Notes: generated from the letters alone by a model not told the origin. 64,000 nucleotides of DNA from an uncultured Tissierellaceae bacterium (GCA_964527205.1 CAZGQG010000004.1:7023-71022); one strand, 5' to 3'. Positions 19,996-29,745 are shown, counted from the first letter of the stretch. Made by a program: numbers and translations.

Positions 19996-20793
19996 TCACT
20001 CCCTTGCTAAAGCTTTTTGACGTGCATATTCTGCTGCACCTAAGGCACCCATTAGTTGAGGATCTGTGTCTAGTTCAATAACCTTAAGCTTCAAAACATG
20101 CTCTAGAGATTTTTTTAGTCCCCTGTTTTTTGCACAACCACCAGTAAGGGTTATGCTATCAGTTGCCCCTGCTTTCTTTGCCATTACAAAGCAACGCTTA
20201 GCTACTGCCTGTTGGATTCCTGCAGCAATTTCATCACGGGGTTTGCCCTCTCCTACCAGGGTTATTACCTCACTCTCTGCAAATACTGTGCATTGAGCTG
20301 TTATAGGAATAACATTTTTTGCTGATAGGGATAGTTCTGAGAATTCTGTTAGGGACAGTTCAAAGGCACTGGCCATACTCTCAAAGAATCGTCCTGTTCC
20401 CGCAGCACATTTATCGTTCATGGCAAAGGTTTTCACCGTACCATCTGTATCTATAGAAATCCCCTTAACGTCCTGACCACCAATATCTATAACTGCCTTA
20501 ACATCAGGATTTGTAATATGAACTCCCATAGCATGGCAGCTGATTTCTGAGATGTTTTCATTGGCTTGAGGAACCTTATTACGTCCATATCCTGTACCTA
20601 TTAGATAGTTTAAATCATGAAAGTCCTTAAGACCCACTTCTTCCAATACTGCTTCTAGGCTTAACCTAGCACTTTCCTCTGAGTTAATCTTACTCCTAAG
20701 TGTATTGTGAGCTACAATCTTTCCCTCTTCATCTAAGATCACAGATTTTGTATATGTGGAGCCTACATCACATCCACCAAAATATTTTTTCAA
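19996..20793 (-). CDS. ATP-dependent [4Fe-4S] activator (BcrAD/BadFG/HgdC ASKHA family)
   Basis: GCDVGSTYTK, DIGGQD, MNDKCAAGTG and AQCTVFAESE motifs. Likely TTG start at 20791-20793, 7 nt after AAGGAGGG, which spans the upstream TAA; the track ORF starts at 20835. Confidence 0.85.
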   Translation of the reverse strand: MKKYFGGCDVGSTYTKSVILDEEGKIVAHNTLRSKINSEESARLSLEAVLEEVGLKDFHDLNYLIGTGYGRNKVPQANENISEISCHAMGVHITNPDVKAVIDIGGQDVKGISIDTDGTVKTFAMNDKCAAGTGRFFESMASAFELSLTEFSELSLSAKNVIPITAQCTVFAESEVITLVGEGKPRDEIAAGIQQAVAKRCFVMAKKAGATDSITLTGGCAKNRGLKKSLEHVLKLKVIELDTDPQLMGALGAAEYARQKALARE

Positions 20794-20806
20794 TTTAAAG
20801 CCCTCC

Positions 20807-22330
20807 TTACCAAGTTTTTTCATCATCAAAGTCAACTAGTGTGGCATCAACTGGTTCTTCATTAAAGACAGTTTCCATATATCTATTAACTGATGCTCTC
20901 ATTTCCTTTCTTGAAACAGTTCTAGGGTCCATTAGGTCATGGTCTACCCATATTAAATGAATTCCTCTTTCCCTGGCCTGCTCTTCAAAAAGACCTGTAA
21001 GTCCTGACATGGTCTTGCATGAAATATGTCCAAACATTATAACCATATCCGCATTAAATTCCTCACATACCCTCCATAATTCATCAAGAACATTTACATA
21101 GCCACCATTTGTATGTCTTCTCATTACCATTCTTTCATAGGTATGGGCCATATCCTTTAGGGATTCTTCCTTGTCTTCTGTGTTAAATAGCTTGGTGGAA
21201 ACTAAACTCTCCATATCCACTAGAACATTTATACCCCAGCAATTTTCTGCCCAGGTAGAAAAATTACTATAATAATGGGCTGGTGGAGACCAGACTATGG
21301 CGCGGTGTCTCATTTCCTTAGAGCATTTTTCTTTCTCCTTGTAGCCTTCCATCATAATCTTATTAACCTTTTTATCCAGTTCTAAAAATCTCTCATCCAT
21401 ACTTCCTGTTATAAGGGTGGAATACATCCTGTAAAGAGCAAGATTGGCTCCTGTTATTTGTGGATAATCAGTTTTGTTGATTTCCCACTTTTCAAGTTCA
21501 TATTCTGTTTCCTTATTGTACTGCTTCATACATCTAAAGTAATTGTCCCAATCAAAGGTCTCTCCTGTATTGTCTTCAATAAACTTTATACAATCCTTAA
21601 GGTCTTGAACTGCATATTCTTCTACTTCCTGTCCTAGATACCTTACAGGTAATCCTAGGGGAAAGGTTGGTAGATTAAAGTATCTGTTCTGAAAGGAGCT
21701 TGCCATTACAGATCCATCACAGGGCATACTGCTTGTAATATAGCATTTTCCAAGGATTGGATATTCATCAACCACTGCTACTCCTGCTTCACAGGCTGGC
21801 AGTGGACAAACATCTGCTGGCAAACCAAAGTTTTCAATAGCATCTAAATAAGGTATCATGCTGTGCTGGTCTATAATTGAAGATTGAAAAACAGGTACTA
21901 CCTGAGCTCCAATTCCTATTAAATTTGGAAAGCCTGCCATTAGGTGCTGAGGCATCATTTCATCAAATAAGACAATCCTATCTGAAAGATCATTGGCTCC
22001 AAATCTTTTGTCTGCCTTAAATAAATTTGAAATTATTCCTGTTGTATTTTTTATCATCATATTAAAATGCAAATGATTTATTCTTAAAGTTCTACCTCTA
22101 AGTCCCATAGAATGCCTATCAATAAAGGCTGGTGTAGAAAGATAGGAAGACATCCACCTGTAGTTAAATGCTCCCTTAGTAATTCTAATAGGGGCACTGG
22201 AAACAAATTTAGTCAGATCCTTCCAGGTTACAAGCCAACGATAAAAATCATACATAGTATCATTTAAACCTCTCCACTCCCTGCGCTTAAGATACATTTT
22301 CCCGTGGTATAGTTCACCAATCTTAGTCAT
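20807..22330 (-). CDS. 2-hydroxyacyl-CoA dehydratase / benzoyl-CoA reductase family subunit (HGD-D), large
   Basis: 507 aa with conserved Cys-containing segments (LPADVCPLPACEAG, SSMPCDG, MFGHISCKTMSG) typical of HgdA/BcrC-like proteins. Its start overlaps the upstream gene by 8 nt. Confidence 0.7.
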   Translation of the reverse strand: MTKIGELYHGKMYLKRREWRGLNDTMYDFYRWLVTWKDLTKFVSSAPIRITKGAFNYRWMSSYLSTPAFIDRHSMGLRGRTLRINHLHFNMMIKNTTGIISNLFKADKRFGANDLSDRIVLFDEMMPQHLMAGFPNLIGIGAQVVPVFQSSIIDQHSMIPYLDAIENFGLPADVCPLPACEAGVAVVDEYPILGKCYITSSMPCDGSVMASSFQNRYFNLPTFPLGLPVRYLGQEVEEYAVQDLKDCIKFIEDNTGETFDWDNYFRCMKQYNKETEYELEKWEINKTDYPQITGANLALYRMYSTLITGSMDERFLELDKKVNKIMMEGYKEKEKCSKEMRHRAIVWSPPAHYYSNFSTWAENCWGINVLVDMESLVSTKLFNTEDKEESLKDMAHTYERMVMRRHTNGGYVNVLDELWRVCEEFNADMVIMFGHISCKTMSGLTGLFEEQARERGIHLIWVDHDLMDPRTVSRKEMRASVNRYMETVFNEEPVDATLVDFDDEKTW

Positions 22331-23528
22331 GACTTAAGGCCTCCTTTTCTTTTTGAATCATTTTGATTTCAAGACTTTCAACAAATGCCTGTATTCTTGT
22401 ACGGAGCTGTCCTGAACCTCTTGCCATATAAGGGCGGTCTAGAGATAGGACTGGATATCCAAACTCTGTATTCATTACATGACTTGCCAGGGTTCTTTCA
22501 TAGCCCCAATAATCACAGAACTTTATCTGTTCATAGATTATTCCATCTGCCTTGAACTTCTTTGCATAATGATCAACCATGTCGTACCTTTGGTCAATTT
22601 TCTCCTTGCTCATATATCTAGGACACTGGCTTTGTTCCAGGTACTGCCTACAAATTGCTGTAAGTACATCTTCACCCTCTGGTAGGTTGATCTCCTGTCT
22701 ACCTGGGAAGGATCCAAAGCAAAACCTATCAGCAACTATAAGAGCTCCAGATTCTTCTATTAGCTGGGTTAATTCTGGGTCATCTATCTCACTTCCCACT
22801 AAAACCACTCTTGCTCGAAAATTCTTTTTCGTATCTCTTTCCCTATTCCTAACTTCTTCTAGAGTTTCCCTAAGCTTATCTACAATAAGATACTTGGGAC
22901 AACAATAGGTCACTAGATTTAGAATATGGAACTCATAACCGCTTATAGGAGGATTGTCCTCTGTTCTAAATTCTCCTATCTCAGTAATTAGCCTGCAAAC
23001 CTCATTATGCATTTCCAAAGACTTTCTTATTGCCTCATCCGATGTATCCACCCCTAGTTTTTCCTTTAGGGGATCTAAGACCCTAAGTCTAATTTGTCCC
23101 ACATAATGGGCTATGGCATGCTCATCTACCTTGTAGGGTATGTCAACATGGGATATAAAGAAATTTTCCTTATCAATTAGCTCTAATAGTTCAATATTCT
23201 CCATTGCCCTGTTCATCTGAGCACAGGCATCAACACCTGCAATAGCATCTATAAAGTTATATCCCCCTTCAATGGACCTTTCTAATAGGGCCCTACAGTA
23301 CTCACAGGTATAGTTGGACATATAGTAAGTAGCTATATCTAGGGAGCCTGTTCTTGGAGCTCTCATTCGTAAAGAAAAACAATTGTCAAGATTTAAAAGT
23401 ACTTCCGGCATATGAAAACATGTATAAGCAATGGCCAGCTTTCCTTCTCCCTGAGCCTGCCTTATTAAATCATTATTTGCATCCTGTAATAAGCCTTCAA
23501 AGTAATACAAATGTTTTAAGTCTTTCAC
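22323..23528 (-). CDS. 2-hydroxyacyl-CoA dehydratase / benzoyl-CoA reductase family subunit (HGD-D), small
   Basis: 401 aa with HgdB/BcrB-like patterns (IAYTCFHMPEVL, GVDACAQMNR, DRFCFGS, IKFCDYWGYE). GTG start with AAAGGAGAA RBS. Confidence 0.7.
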   Translation of the reverse strand: MKDLKHLYYFEGLLQDANNDLIRQAQGEGKLAIAYTCFHMPEVLLNLDNCFSLRMRAPRTGSLDIATYYMSNYTCEYCRALLERSIEGGYNFIDAIAGVDACAQMNRAMENIELLELIDKENFFISHVDIPYKVDEHAIAHYVGQIRLRVLDPLKEKLGVDTSDEAIRKSLEMHNEVCRLITEIGEFRTEDNPPISGYEFHILNLVTYCCPKYLIVDKLRETLEEVRNRERDTKKNFRARVVLVGSEIDDPELTQLIEESGALIVADRFCFGSFPGRQEINLPEGEDVLTAICRQYLEQSQCPRYMSKEKIDQRYDMVDHYAKKFKADGIIYEQIKFCDYWGYERTLASHVMNTEFGYPVLSLDRPYMARGSGQLRTRIQAFVESLEIKMIQKEKEALSHD

Positions 23529-23542
23529 TGGATTCTCCTTTC

Positions 23543-24304
23543 TTAAATCTCTAATTTTTCAAGAGCTTCTACAACTCCTAGAACTACATTGGAATCATCT
23601 GGAAGATTAAAGATGCTTTTTCCCTGAATGTCAAAGGATGCAAGGTTTTTATCTTCCTCTATATAGGTAAGGATAGGTATACCCTCAGTCTTAATATAGT
23701 CCTTTAAGGATATATCTCCCACACGATTAACTATTACACCAACCTCTTCATACATTACTAGCTCATCTGCTACTTTTTTAATGGTCTTAACTACCTGGGT
23801 ACCCTTCTTGCTAGGATCTGTAATTAGGAGCAAGTGAGTAACCTTGTCCATAACCCTACGATTAACCTGTTCAATTCCTGCCTCACCATCAATTACCACA
23901 TAATCAAATTCCTGGGAAAGCATGCTTATTACATCCTTTAAATAAGCATTGATCTTGCAATAGCAACCTGTTGATTCAGGACGTCCTATGGCTAAAAATG
24001 CAAAACCATCCTTTTCAACTATGGTGTCAAAGATCTTAAATCTGGCATCTCCAAGGATTTCAATAGCATCCTTAGGATTTCCATCCTCTACATTTTGTAC
24101 AATAGATTTTCTTATATCATCTAGGGTGTTTTCTGGGTCAATATTTAGAGCAGTAGAAAGACCTATTGCTGGGTCTGCATCAATGGCTAAGATGCGTGAC
24201 TCTGGATACTTGGCTACTAGAGTCTTTACTATTGAAGCTGATACTGATGTTTTACCAACTCCACCCTTTCCTGCTACAGCTATAATTTTTGCTTGTTTTT
24301 CCAT
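23543..24304 (-). CDS. CooC/MinD-type P-loop ATPase (metallocentre maturation-like)
   Basis: 253 aa with the deviant Walker A AGKGGVGKTS, AIDADP, and the GRPESTGCYCKINAYL CxC motif characteristic of CooC-type Ni-insertion ATPases. Confidence 0.7.
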   Translation of the reverse strand: MEKQAKIIAVAGKGGVGKTSVSASIVKTLVAKYPESRILAIDADPAIGLSTALNIDPENTLDDIRKSIVQNVEDGNPKDAIEILGDARFKIFDTIVEKDGFAFLAIGRPESTGCYCKINAYLKDVISMLSQEFDYVVIDGEAGIEQVNRRVMDKVTHLLLITDPSKKGTQVVKTIKKVADELVMYEEVGVIVNRVGDISLKDYIKTEGIPILTYIEEDKNLASFDIQGKSIFNLPDDSNVVLGVVEALEKLEI

Positions 24305-24328
24305 AGTTCTCCTCCTATATTTTAATTT

Positions 24329-26611
24329 TTAAATCTTCCTTGCAAGATTATAAGCTGCACGGCTTCCTTCTAGTACCCTACCAGCACGGTGACTATCCCC
24401 AATATTATAAACTTCCTTGGCTACAAAGTCTTTTTGAGCTTGGAAATACAGGCTTTCATCAGCCCTTCCTCCCATTGCCAGTACAACAAGGTCTGCATCT
24501 ATACTCTCATCCCTGGTCTCATCTCCAATTTTCTTTTCCATTGGATTTGGAATGTTAACAGGTAGAAGTGGTTCCCAAGTATTGTATGGGTTTGGTACTC
24601 CCTTTGAAATATTTCTGCTAATATGAACCTTGCTTTCATCAAAGGATACAACCTTAGCACAGTTAATAAGTTCTACATTTTCCTTGTTTAGGTAATAAAT
24701 CAAATGTCCACGGTTGGCTGTACATACTCCCTCCATGAAGTTTGGCAACATCTCTACAACCTTTACATCCTTGTCATATTCATATTTCAACCAATAAGCT
24801 GTTTCACAACCTACAACTCCACCACCAATTACCACTATCTTCTTAGCATCTCCCATAAGTTCAGGATTAGATAGGAGGTCTGTAGCTTGTACAGTCTTTA
24901 TCTTCTCTATACCTGGCATCCTAGGATTAATATCCTGGGTTCCATAGGCAAATACTACTGAATCATAGTCTTGGTCCTTTAACCAATCAGAACTTACCTC
25001 AGTCTCATATCTCATTTTAAAGTTAGGGTTTTCCTCAGCTAATTCAACCTGATTTTCTAGGTATTTTAGATAGTTTTCAAATTCATATTTGATCTTAGGT
25101 ACACTACCTGGTCTAACCCTTCCCCCTATTTTTCCACTTTTTTCAATTAAATCTACCTTATGGCCACGCTTTGCAGCTGTTGTAGCAAAGAGAACTCCTG
25201 TAGGTCCAGCTCCTACTACAGCAATGTTTTTGACCCTTTCTGGTTCTCCAGGGATTTCAGGCATTACATCTTCAAATCCAGTACGTGGATTTACTGCACA
25301 CTGTGGATGTCCACCTTCAACAAATTCATTGATACAACCTTCCTGACAACCAATACAAGGTATTATCTCTTCCACATCTCCTGCATAGGCCTTGTTAGCC
25401 CACTCTGGATCTGCAAGCAATGGACGAGCAAGCATTACCATATCGCAACTTCCATCCCTAAGTGCCTTCTCAGCAAGGTCTGGATAGCCTAGCTTACCAA
25501 CAGCAACTATAGGAACTTCTAATCCCATATTGGATTTTATATCTCTAGCCTTAAAGTATTCCTTAGCTGTACGTGATATATCTAAGAAGCATCCTGCAGG
25601 CATTCCAGCTGGAGGATGAGGTAACCACCAGTTATCATAGCAACCAAGGTCTACGTCAAACATATCTACTCCTGCCTTAACTAGATTTTCCATATAATCT
25701 AGGGTATCTGCTATGGTTCTTCCATCCTTAAATTTCTTTAGGGAATTGACCTTATCCATATCCTCTCCGTAAGTCTCATTAAGTGCCAATGAAAGGTCTA
25801 TACGGTACATAATTGGATATCTGTCTCCTACTCTTTCTCTCATTTCCTTTACAATATCAATACCAAATCTCTGCCAATCAGAATATTTTCCTATCTTTCT
25901 ACGATTAAAAGCTGTATTAGTCATTTGATCTAGAAGATAGCCCTCATGACCATGGAGATATACTCCATCAAGTCCACATTCCTTAGCATCTGCTGCTGCT
26001 TGACCACAATTTTTTACAATTTTATTTAATTTAGAATCCGATAATCTTAGGCATGGAACCTGTGGTATATAGAAATTGGGATTAAAAGATGCTGATCTTG
26101 GAAATTTCATTTCATTTACCAAACAAGTTGGAGGGCCTACACGTCCTAGACCTGGTGTAATTTGAATAAAGATTTTACTTCCATAAGAATGTACTCCCTG
26201 GGCAAGATCACGCCAACCTGCAAATACAGTACGGGATCTATCTATACGTGGAAACATTGTAAGATCTCCAGATTCAGTTAGGGACTTATCTATACCATGA
26301 CTTACTGGAATTAAACCAGTAGTAAGTAATCCTGTCCCACCCTTGGCTCTGGCAAAAAAGTATTGAAGCATCTTTGCATTGGGTCTGCCTGTTTCATCAC
26401 ACATATTCACATTTCCCATAGGTCCCATTACTATACGATTCTTAAGAGTAATATTATTTACCCTAATAGGAGAAAACAAGGTTTCATAGGGATACATTTC
26501 CTTGGTCATTCTGGCTGTGCTGCCTGCCTCATTTTCATTCTCTTCCTGGACCCAATTACCATAACTGTTAATTAAATCCTGAACTAATTGATCTTTTTTC
26601 AAGACATTCAC
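24329..26611 (-). CDS. Enoate-reductase / 2,4-dienoyl-CoA-reductase-type flavoprotein (OYE FMN domain + 4Fe-4S + FAD/NAD(P) domain)
   Basis: 760 aa with an OYE core (LKNRIVMGPMG, HGHEGYLLDQ), the cluster motif CIGCQEGCINEF...C, and dinucleotide folds VVGAGPTG and VIGGGVVG. The start codon is uncertain (GTG 26611 or TTG 26602). Confidence 0.8.
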   Translation of the reverse strand: MNVLKKDQLVQDLINSYGNWVQEENENEAGSTARMTKEMYPYETLFSPIRVNNITLKNRIVMGPMGNVNMCDETGRPNAKMLQYFFARAKGGTGLLTTGLIPVSHGIDKSLTESGDLTMFPRIDRSRTVFAGWRDLAQGVHSYGSKIFIQITPGLGRVGPPTCLVNEMKFPRSASFNPNFYIPQVPCLRLSDSKLNKIVKNCGQAAADAKECGLDGVYLHGHEGYLLDQMTNTAFNRRKIGKYSDWQRFGIDIVKEMRERVGDRYPIMYRIDLSLALNETYGEDMDKVNSLKKFKDGRTIADTLDYMENLVKAGVDMFDVDLGCYDNWWLPHPPAGMPAGCFLDISRTAKEYFKARDIKSNMGLEVPIVAVGKLGYPDLAEKALRDGSCDMVMLARPLLADPEWANKAYAGDVEEIIPCIGCQEGCINEFVEGGHPQCAVNPRTGFEDVMPEIPGEPERVKNIAVVGAGPTGVLFATTAAKRGHKVDLIEKSGKIGGRVRPGSVPKIKYEFENYLKYLENQVELAEENPNFKMRYETEVSSDWLKDQDYDSVVFAYGTQDINPRMPGIEKIKTVQATDLLSNPELMGDAKKIVVIGGGVVGCETAYWLKYEYDKDVKVVEMLPNFMEGVCTANRGHLIYYLNKENVELINCAKVVSFDESKVHISRNISKGVPNPYNTWEPLLPVNIPNPMEKKIGDETRDESIDADLVVLAMGGRADESLYFQAQKDFVAKEVYNIGDSHRAGRVLEGSRAAYNLARKI

Positions 26612-26653
26612 CCCTTATTTTTATGTTAATATTTTAACATTTCAAAGTAAAAA

Positions 26654-27271
26654 TTATTTTTTATAAGCTTCTAAGTAATTTGTAATGATCTTCCTGCAAT
26701 AGTTTCTAAGTTCATAGGAGCCTTTGTTTTGACACCAATTATAGATTACTCCTCGGGAAATCATTAGTAGTTCTGATGTTATATCCTCTGCATCTTCCGA
26801 CTTTGTAATGAGTCCCTTGTCCTGGGCTTGGATAACGAGTTGAAGTAGGCCCTGAGGCAAACCTCTGTCAGACTTTAGAAAAAAGTCAACTCCCTCTGTG
26901 ATTTGAGCCCTGTAAAGCTCAATCATTAAATCAATTCCTACATCAATTGCATAAAGCATTTGATAGTCAATATATTCTAAAATCCTTCCAAATTCATCCT
27001 CACTCTTTAACTTTCCGATAATGTTTTCCTTAAAAAAATTGTCACATTCTCCGTAGCCTTCTACTATTAAATCCTGTTTGCTTTTAAAGTGATGATAAAA
27101 AGAACCTATAGAAACCCCTGCTTCAGTGCAAATAGTTTCAACGCTTAGTTCATCATAGGTATAATCCTTGCTAAGTCTCTTTGCTGTTTTCATAATGTGA
27201 TCTTTTGTTGCCTTTGCTTGTAACTGTCTACTTGTTAAGCTTTCTCTAGCCTCCACCATGACCTCCCCCAT
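26654..27271 (-). CDS. TetR/AcrR family transcriptional regulator
   Basis: 205 aa with the HTH region YDELSVETICTEAGVSIGSFYHHFKSKQDL. Confidence 0.85.
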   Translation of the reverse strand: MGEVMVEARESLTSRQLQAKATKDHIMKTAKRLSKDYTYDELSVETICTEAGVSIGSFYHHFKSKQDLIVEGYGECDNFFKENIIGKLKSEDEFGRILEYIDYQMLYAIDVGIDLMIELYRAQITEGVDFFLKSDRGLPQGLLQLVIQAQDKGLITKSEDAEDITSELLMISRGVIYNWCQNKGSYELRNYCRKIITNYLEAYKK

Positions 27272-27284
27272 AGATTTATTTTCA

Positions 27285-27324
27285 CAGAATCAATTCATAG
27301 AACTCATTCGCAGAATGCATTCTG
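27285..27324 (-). promoter_or_regulatory. Candidate TetR operators (two related palindromes)
   Basis: Perfect 14-bp palindrome CAGAATGCATTCTG (27311-27324) and a related CAGAATCAATTCAT (27285-27298), 14-53 nt upstream of the TetR ATG. Confidence 0.5.
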
Positions 27325-27417
27325 TTAGATTTAAACCAAATAGATCATATTGTTATTTTATTTACAAGCCTTATTATTATTTATTTTCAGTATTTTCAGT
27401 AAAATTTCCCAGCAAAT

Positions 27418-27441
27418 GAAAAAACAGCCCCTAAGGGCTGC
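27418..27441 (-). terminator. Terminator after the TPR-protein gene
   Basis: Stem cagccc/gggctg (loop ctaa) followed by T6 on the minus strand. Confidence 0.6.
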
Positions 27442-27474
27442 TTGGATTCTTCTTTTATATTAGATCTTATACTC

Positions 27475-28206
27475 TTATCTTAATTTCTCATGGGATAGCT
27501 TGGCTGAATATAGTTTATTGCCTTCCCTAGCTATTCTTCCATACTTTGATTTTGCCCCTTCAATATTTCCTTGTTTTTCATCAATAATTGCTAGATCAAA
27601 GAGAATTTCTAGTTCTAATCTTTTACTGATCTTATCCTTAGGGTATTTCTCAAATCTTTCCCTACTCCTCTCATAATCACCTTCATATAAGTATTTATTA
27701 GCCATGAGAAGGTCCATCAATTGTTCAGCTAGCTTGTCCTTTACCTTGTATTCCTTAGCCCTATTATATATTTCCTCTGCCTTATCATATTCTTCTAAGT
27801 TATAATAGGCTAGCATAAGAGTATTATAGTAGCTTAATATTGACTTGTTTGCCCTAGGCAAATGATCTTCCTCAACTTCCTCCAAAAATTCCAGGGCTTT
27901 TTCATATTTTCCCAGACTTAAATATCCAAAGGCCAAGTCCAAATTATAAAGACTATTTATCTGCTTGTTTTTTCCTCTATACTTATAGGTTTTATGACTT
28001 GCTTGGATAAATCCTTCAGGATCTAGGTCACTTTCAAGTATTCCATATCTTTTCCTCTGTCCATAGTTTATATAAATTATATATCCTAAAGTTACTATAA
28101 GAACAGTTGTTATACCCCCAACTAGAAATGATAGGTCTAGTATATAATTTGTAAAAATTGTTATTATTAAAGTTATAGCAATTAAAATATATTTATTCAC
28201 CATCAT
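27475..28206 (-). CDS. Membrane-anchored TPR-repeat protein
   Basis: 243 aa with two N-terminal TM helices, then repeated A..Y/LG.Y..A TPR-like units. Confidence 0.6.
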   Translation of the reverse strand: MMVNKYILIAITLIITIFTNYILDLSFLVGGITTVLIVTLGYIIYINYGQRKRYGILESDLDPEGFIQASHKTYKYRGKNKQINSLYNLDLAFGYLSLGKYEKALEFLEEVEEDHLPRANKSILSYYNTLMLAYYNLEEYDKAEEIYNRAKEYKVKDKLAEQLMDLLMANKYLYEGDYERSRERFEKYPKDKISKRLELEILFDLAIIDEKQGNIEGAKSKYGRIAREGNKLYSAKLSHEKLR

Positions 28207-28251
28207 GGCTAATCCACCTCTTATGCTTTATTATTTTAATCCTTGCCCTTC

Positions 28252-28725
28252 TTATAGGATATCTAAAATCTCAATCTCCATATTTCCATCAGGAGTTTCT
28301 ATGCTTACCTTGTCCCCTAATCCTTTCCCCAAAAGAGCTCTTCCTATGGGAGAATCTATTGATATATTATGTTTTAGGGGATTTGCATCTAATTTTCCTA
28401 CTAATCTATAGCTTTCTCTTTCTCCATCAGGAACTTCCATAAAGCTTACAAGGCTTCCAATAACTACTTCCTTGTTTTCCTCTTCTCTAGGCTGGATAAT
28501 AATCTCTGCCCTGTCCAGAATATCTTGAATTTCTATTATCCTCTCTCTTATCTGGGCCTGTTCTTCCAGGGATTCATCAAAGGATATATTATCTGAAAAA
28601 TCACAGAAACCTCTAAGATATTTAATCTTATCCCTTATCTCTCCTTGTTTTTCATCCCTTAAATAAGCTAATTCTTCTTCCAGTTCTTCCTTGGTCTCTT
28701 TTGTTATAGGATATTTGTCCTCCAT
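28252..28725 (-). CDS. greA: GreA/GreB family transcript-cleavage factor
   Basis: N-terminal coiled-coil (ITKETKEELEEELAYL) and a C-terminal domain with ISIDSPIGRALLGKGLGDKVSIETPDG. Start set at ATG 28723-28725, 8 nt after AAAGGGG. Confidence 0.75.
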   Translation of the reverse strand: MEDKYPITKETKEELEEELAYLRDEKQGEIRDKIKYLRGFCDFSDNISFDESLEEQAQIRERIIEIQDILDRAEIIIQPREEENKEVVIGSLVSFMEVPDGERESYRLVGKLDANPLKHNISIDSPIGRALLGKGLGDKVSIETPDGNMEIEILDIL

Positions 28726-28763
28726 ATAAATCACCCCTTTATAATCTATTTACTGAATAAACT

Positions 28764-29303
28764 TTAAGTGTTTTTACTTAGTTTCCTTATTGGTTTTTTA
28801 AGTATAATAAATATAATATAGCCTAGCACTGCTCCCAATGTATTGTTAATCAGATCAGTCACATCAAAGGAGCGGTGATTTAAGAGAAATATTGTCATCA
28901 TCAATTGGGTTAGCTCTATAGATAGGCTAAATAAGAATCCAGCTCCTACCACCCTTATTAGATTTATATTTTTCTTTAAAAGTGAGTATAAAAATCCAAA
29001 GGGTATGGTCATTATTATATTTAAAACAACTTCTTTAAGAGCTCCTGATCTACCTAGGATTAAATCATTATAGGGTTTAATATTTCCATAGGAAAACTCT
29101 ATAGAACTATGATATTTCCATTTAAGATCAAATGTCCAGTCTATAGGCAGTATAGTTAAAAACAATACAAAGCATATGTAAACAAAAAACAAATTCCTAA
29201 ATATTAATTCCCCTCCCTTATAGTCCTTCCATTTGTTAAAGTATATAAGAAGATACACCACTATTAATCCTATTATAGACCAGAACATTCTCTTCACCAC
29301 CAA
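28764..29303 (-). CDS. VanZ family membrane protein
   Basis: 179 aa with 4-5 TM helices and VanZ-like motifs (NIIMTIPFGF, SFDVTDLINNTLG). Confidence 0.7.
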   Translation of the reverse strand: MVVKRMFWSIIGLIVVYLLIYFNKWKDYKGGELIFRNLFFVYICFVLFLTILPIDWTFDLKWKYHSSIEFSYGNIKPYNDLILGRSGALKEVVLNIIMTIPFGFLYSLLKKNINLIRVVGAGFLFSLSIELTQLMMTIFLLNHRSFDVTDLINNTLGAVLGYIIFIILKKPIRKLSKNT

Positions 29304-29379
29304 TTTTTTGTTATTCTTTCTGTCTTTATTTATCTACTATCCTATAAGGAAATTATAAGAATTCAATATATTGACAAAA

Positions 29380-29745
29380 CTAAATCTCATTACCATCCTT
29401 ATCAAATTTCCTCCAAAGGGCAATCTCTGTTGGTATTATAGTTAGGATCAAAATCACTAGTTCTCCATAAAATACCCAAGAAGGTATTTCTTTGTAGCTC
29501 TTTGTAAATAATATAGAATAAATTAAGATCAATACAAGAAGAAGACTTCCAGTCCAGCGCCAAAGTCTTCCTTGATATTCATGGGCAAATTTCCAAGTTT
29601 CTTCATCCTTCATAGATCTTGAAGATCTGTATCCCTATAGCCAATTTATGCTTTTAGGAGGATGATTTTTCCATAAAAGTCCAAAGATAATCATAATAGC
29701 TGGAGGGGGGAGGAGAGATATTAAAATTAGAATAACGTTTTTCAT
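29380..29745 (-). pseudogene. SdpI/YhfL-family membrane protein interrupted by an in-frame TAG
   Basis: The frame from ATG 29743-29745 reads MKNVILILISLLPPPAIMIIFGLLWKNHPPKSINWL*GYRSSRSMKDEETWKFAHEY... The TAG lies at 29635-29637, and the GYR..RSM motif spans the stop. Confidence 0.6.

Noticed and set aside
26623-26640. Inverted repeat ATGTTAA-tatt-TTAACAT in the 42-nt gap between the TetR gene and the reductase gene
   Set aside because: It is purely A/T-rich with short arms, and it is unrelated to the CAGAAT palindromes. It could arise by chance in this composition, so it is noted but not called.
29635-29637. In-frame TAG in the SdpI-like gene as possible pyrrolysine or programmed readthrough
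   Set aside because: The window has no pyl-related context, the gene family has no known Pyl members, and a neighbouring gene is also disrupted. A nonsense mutation or base-call error is the simpler explanation.
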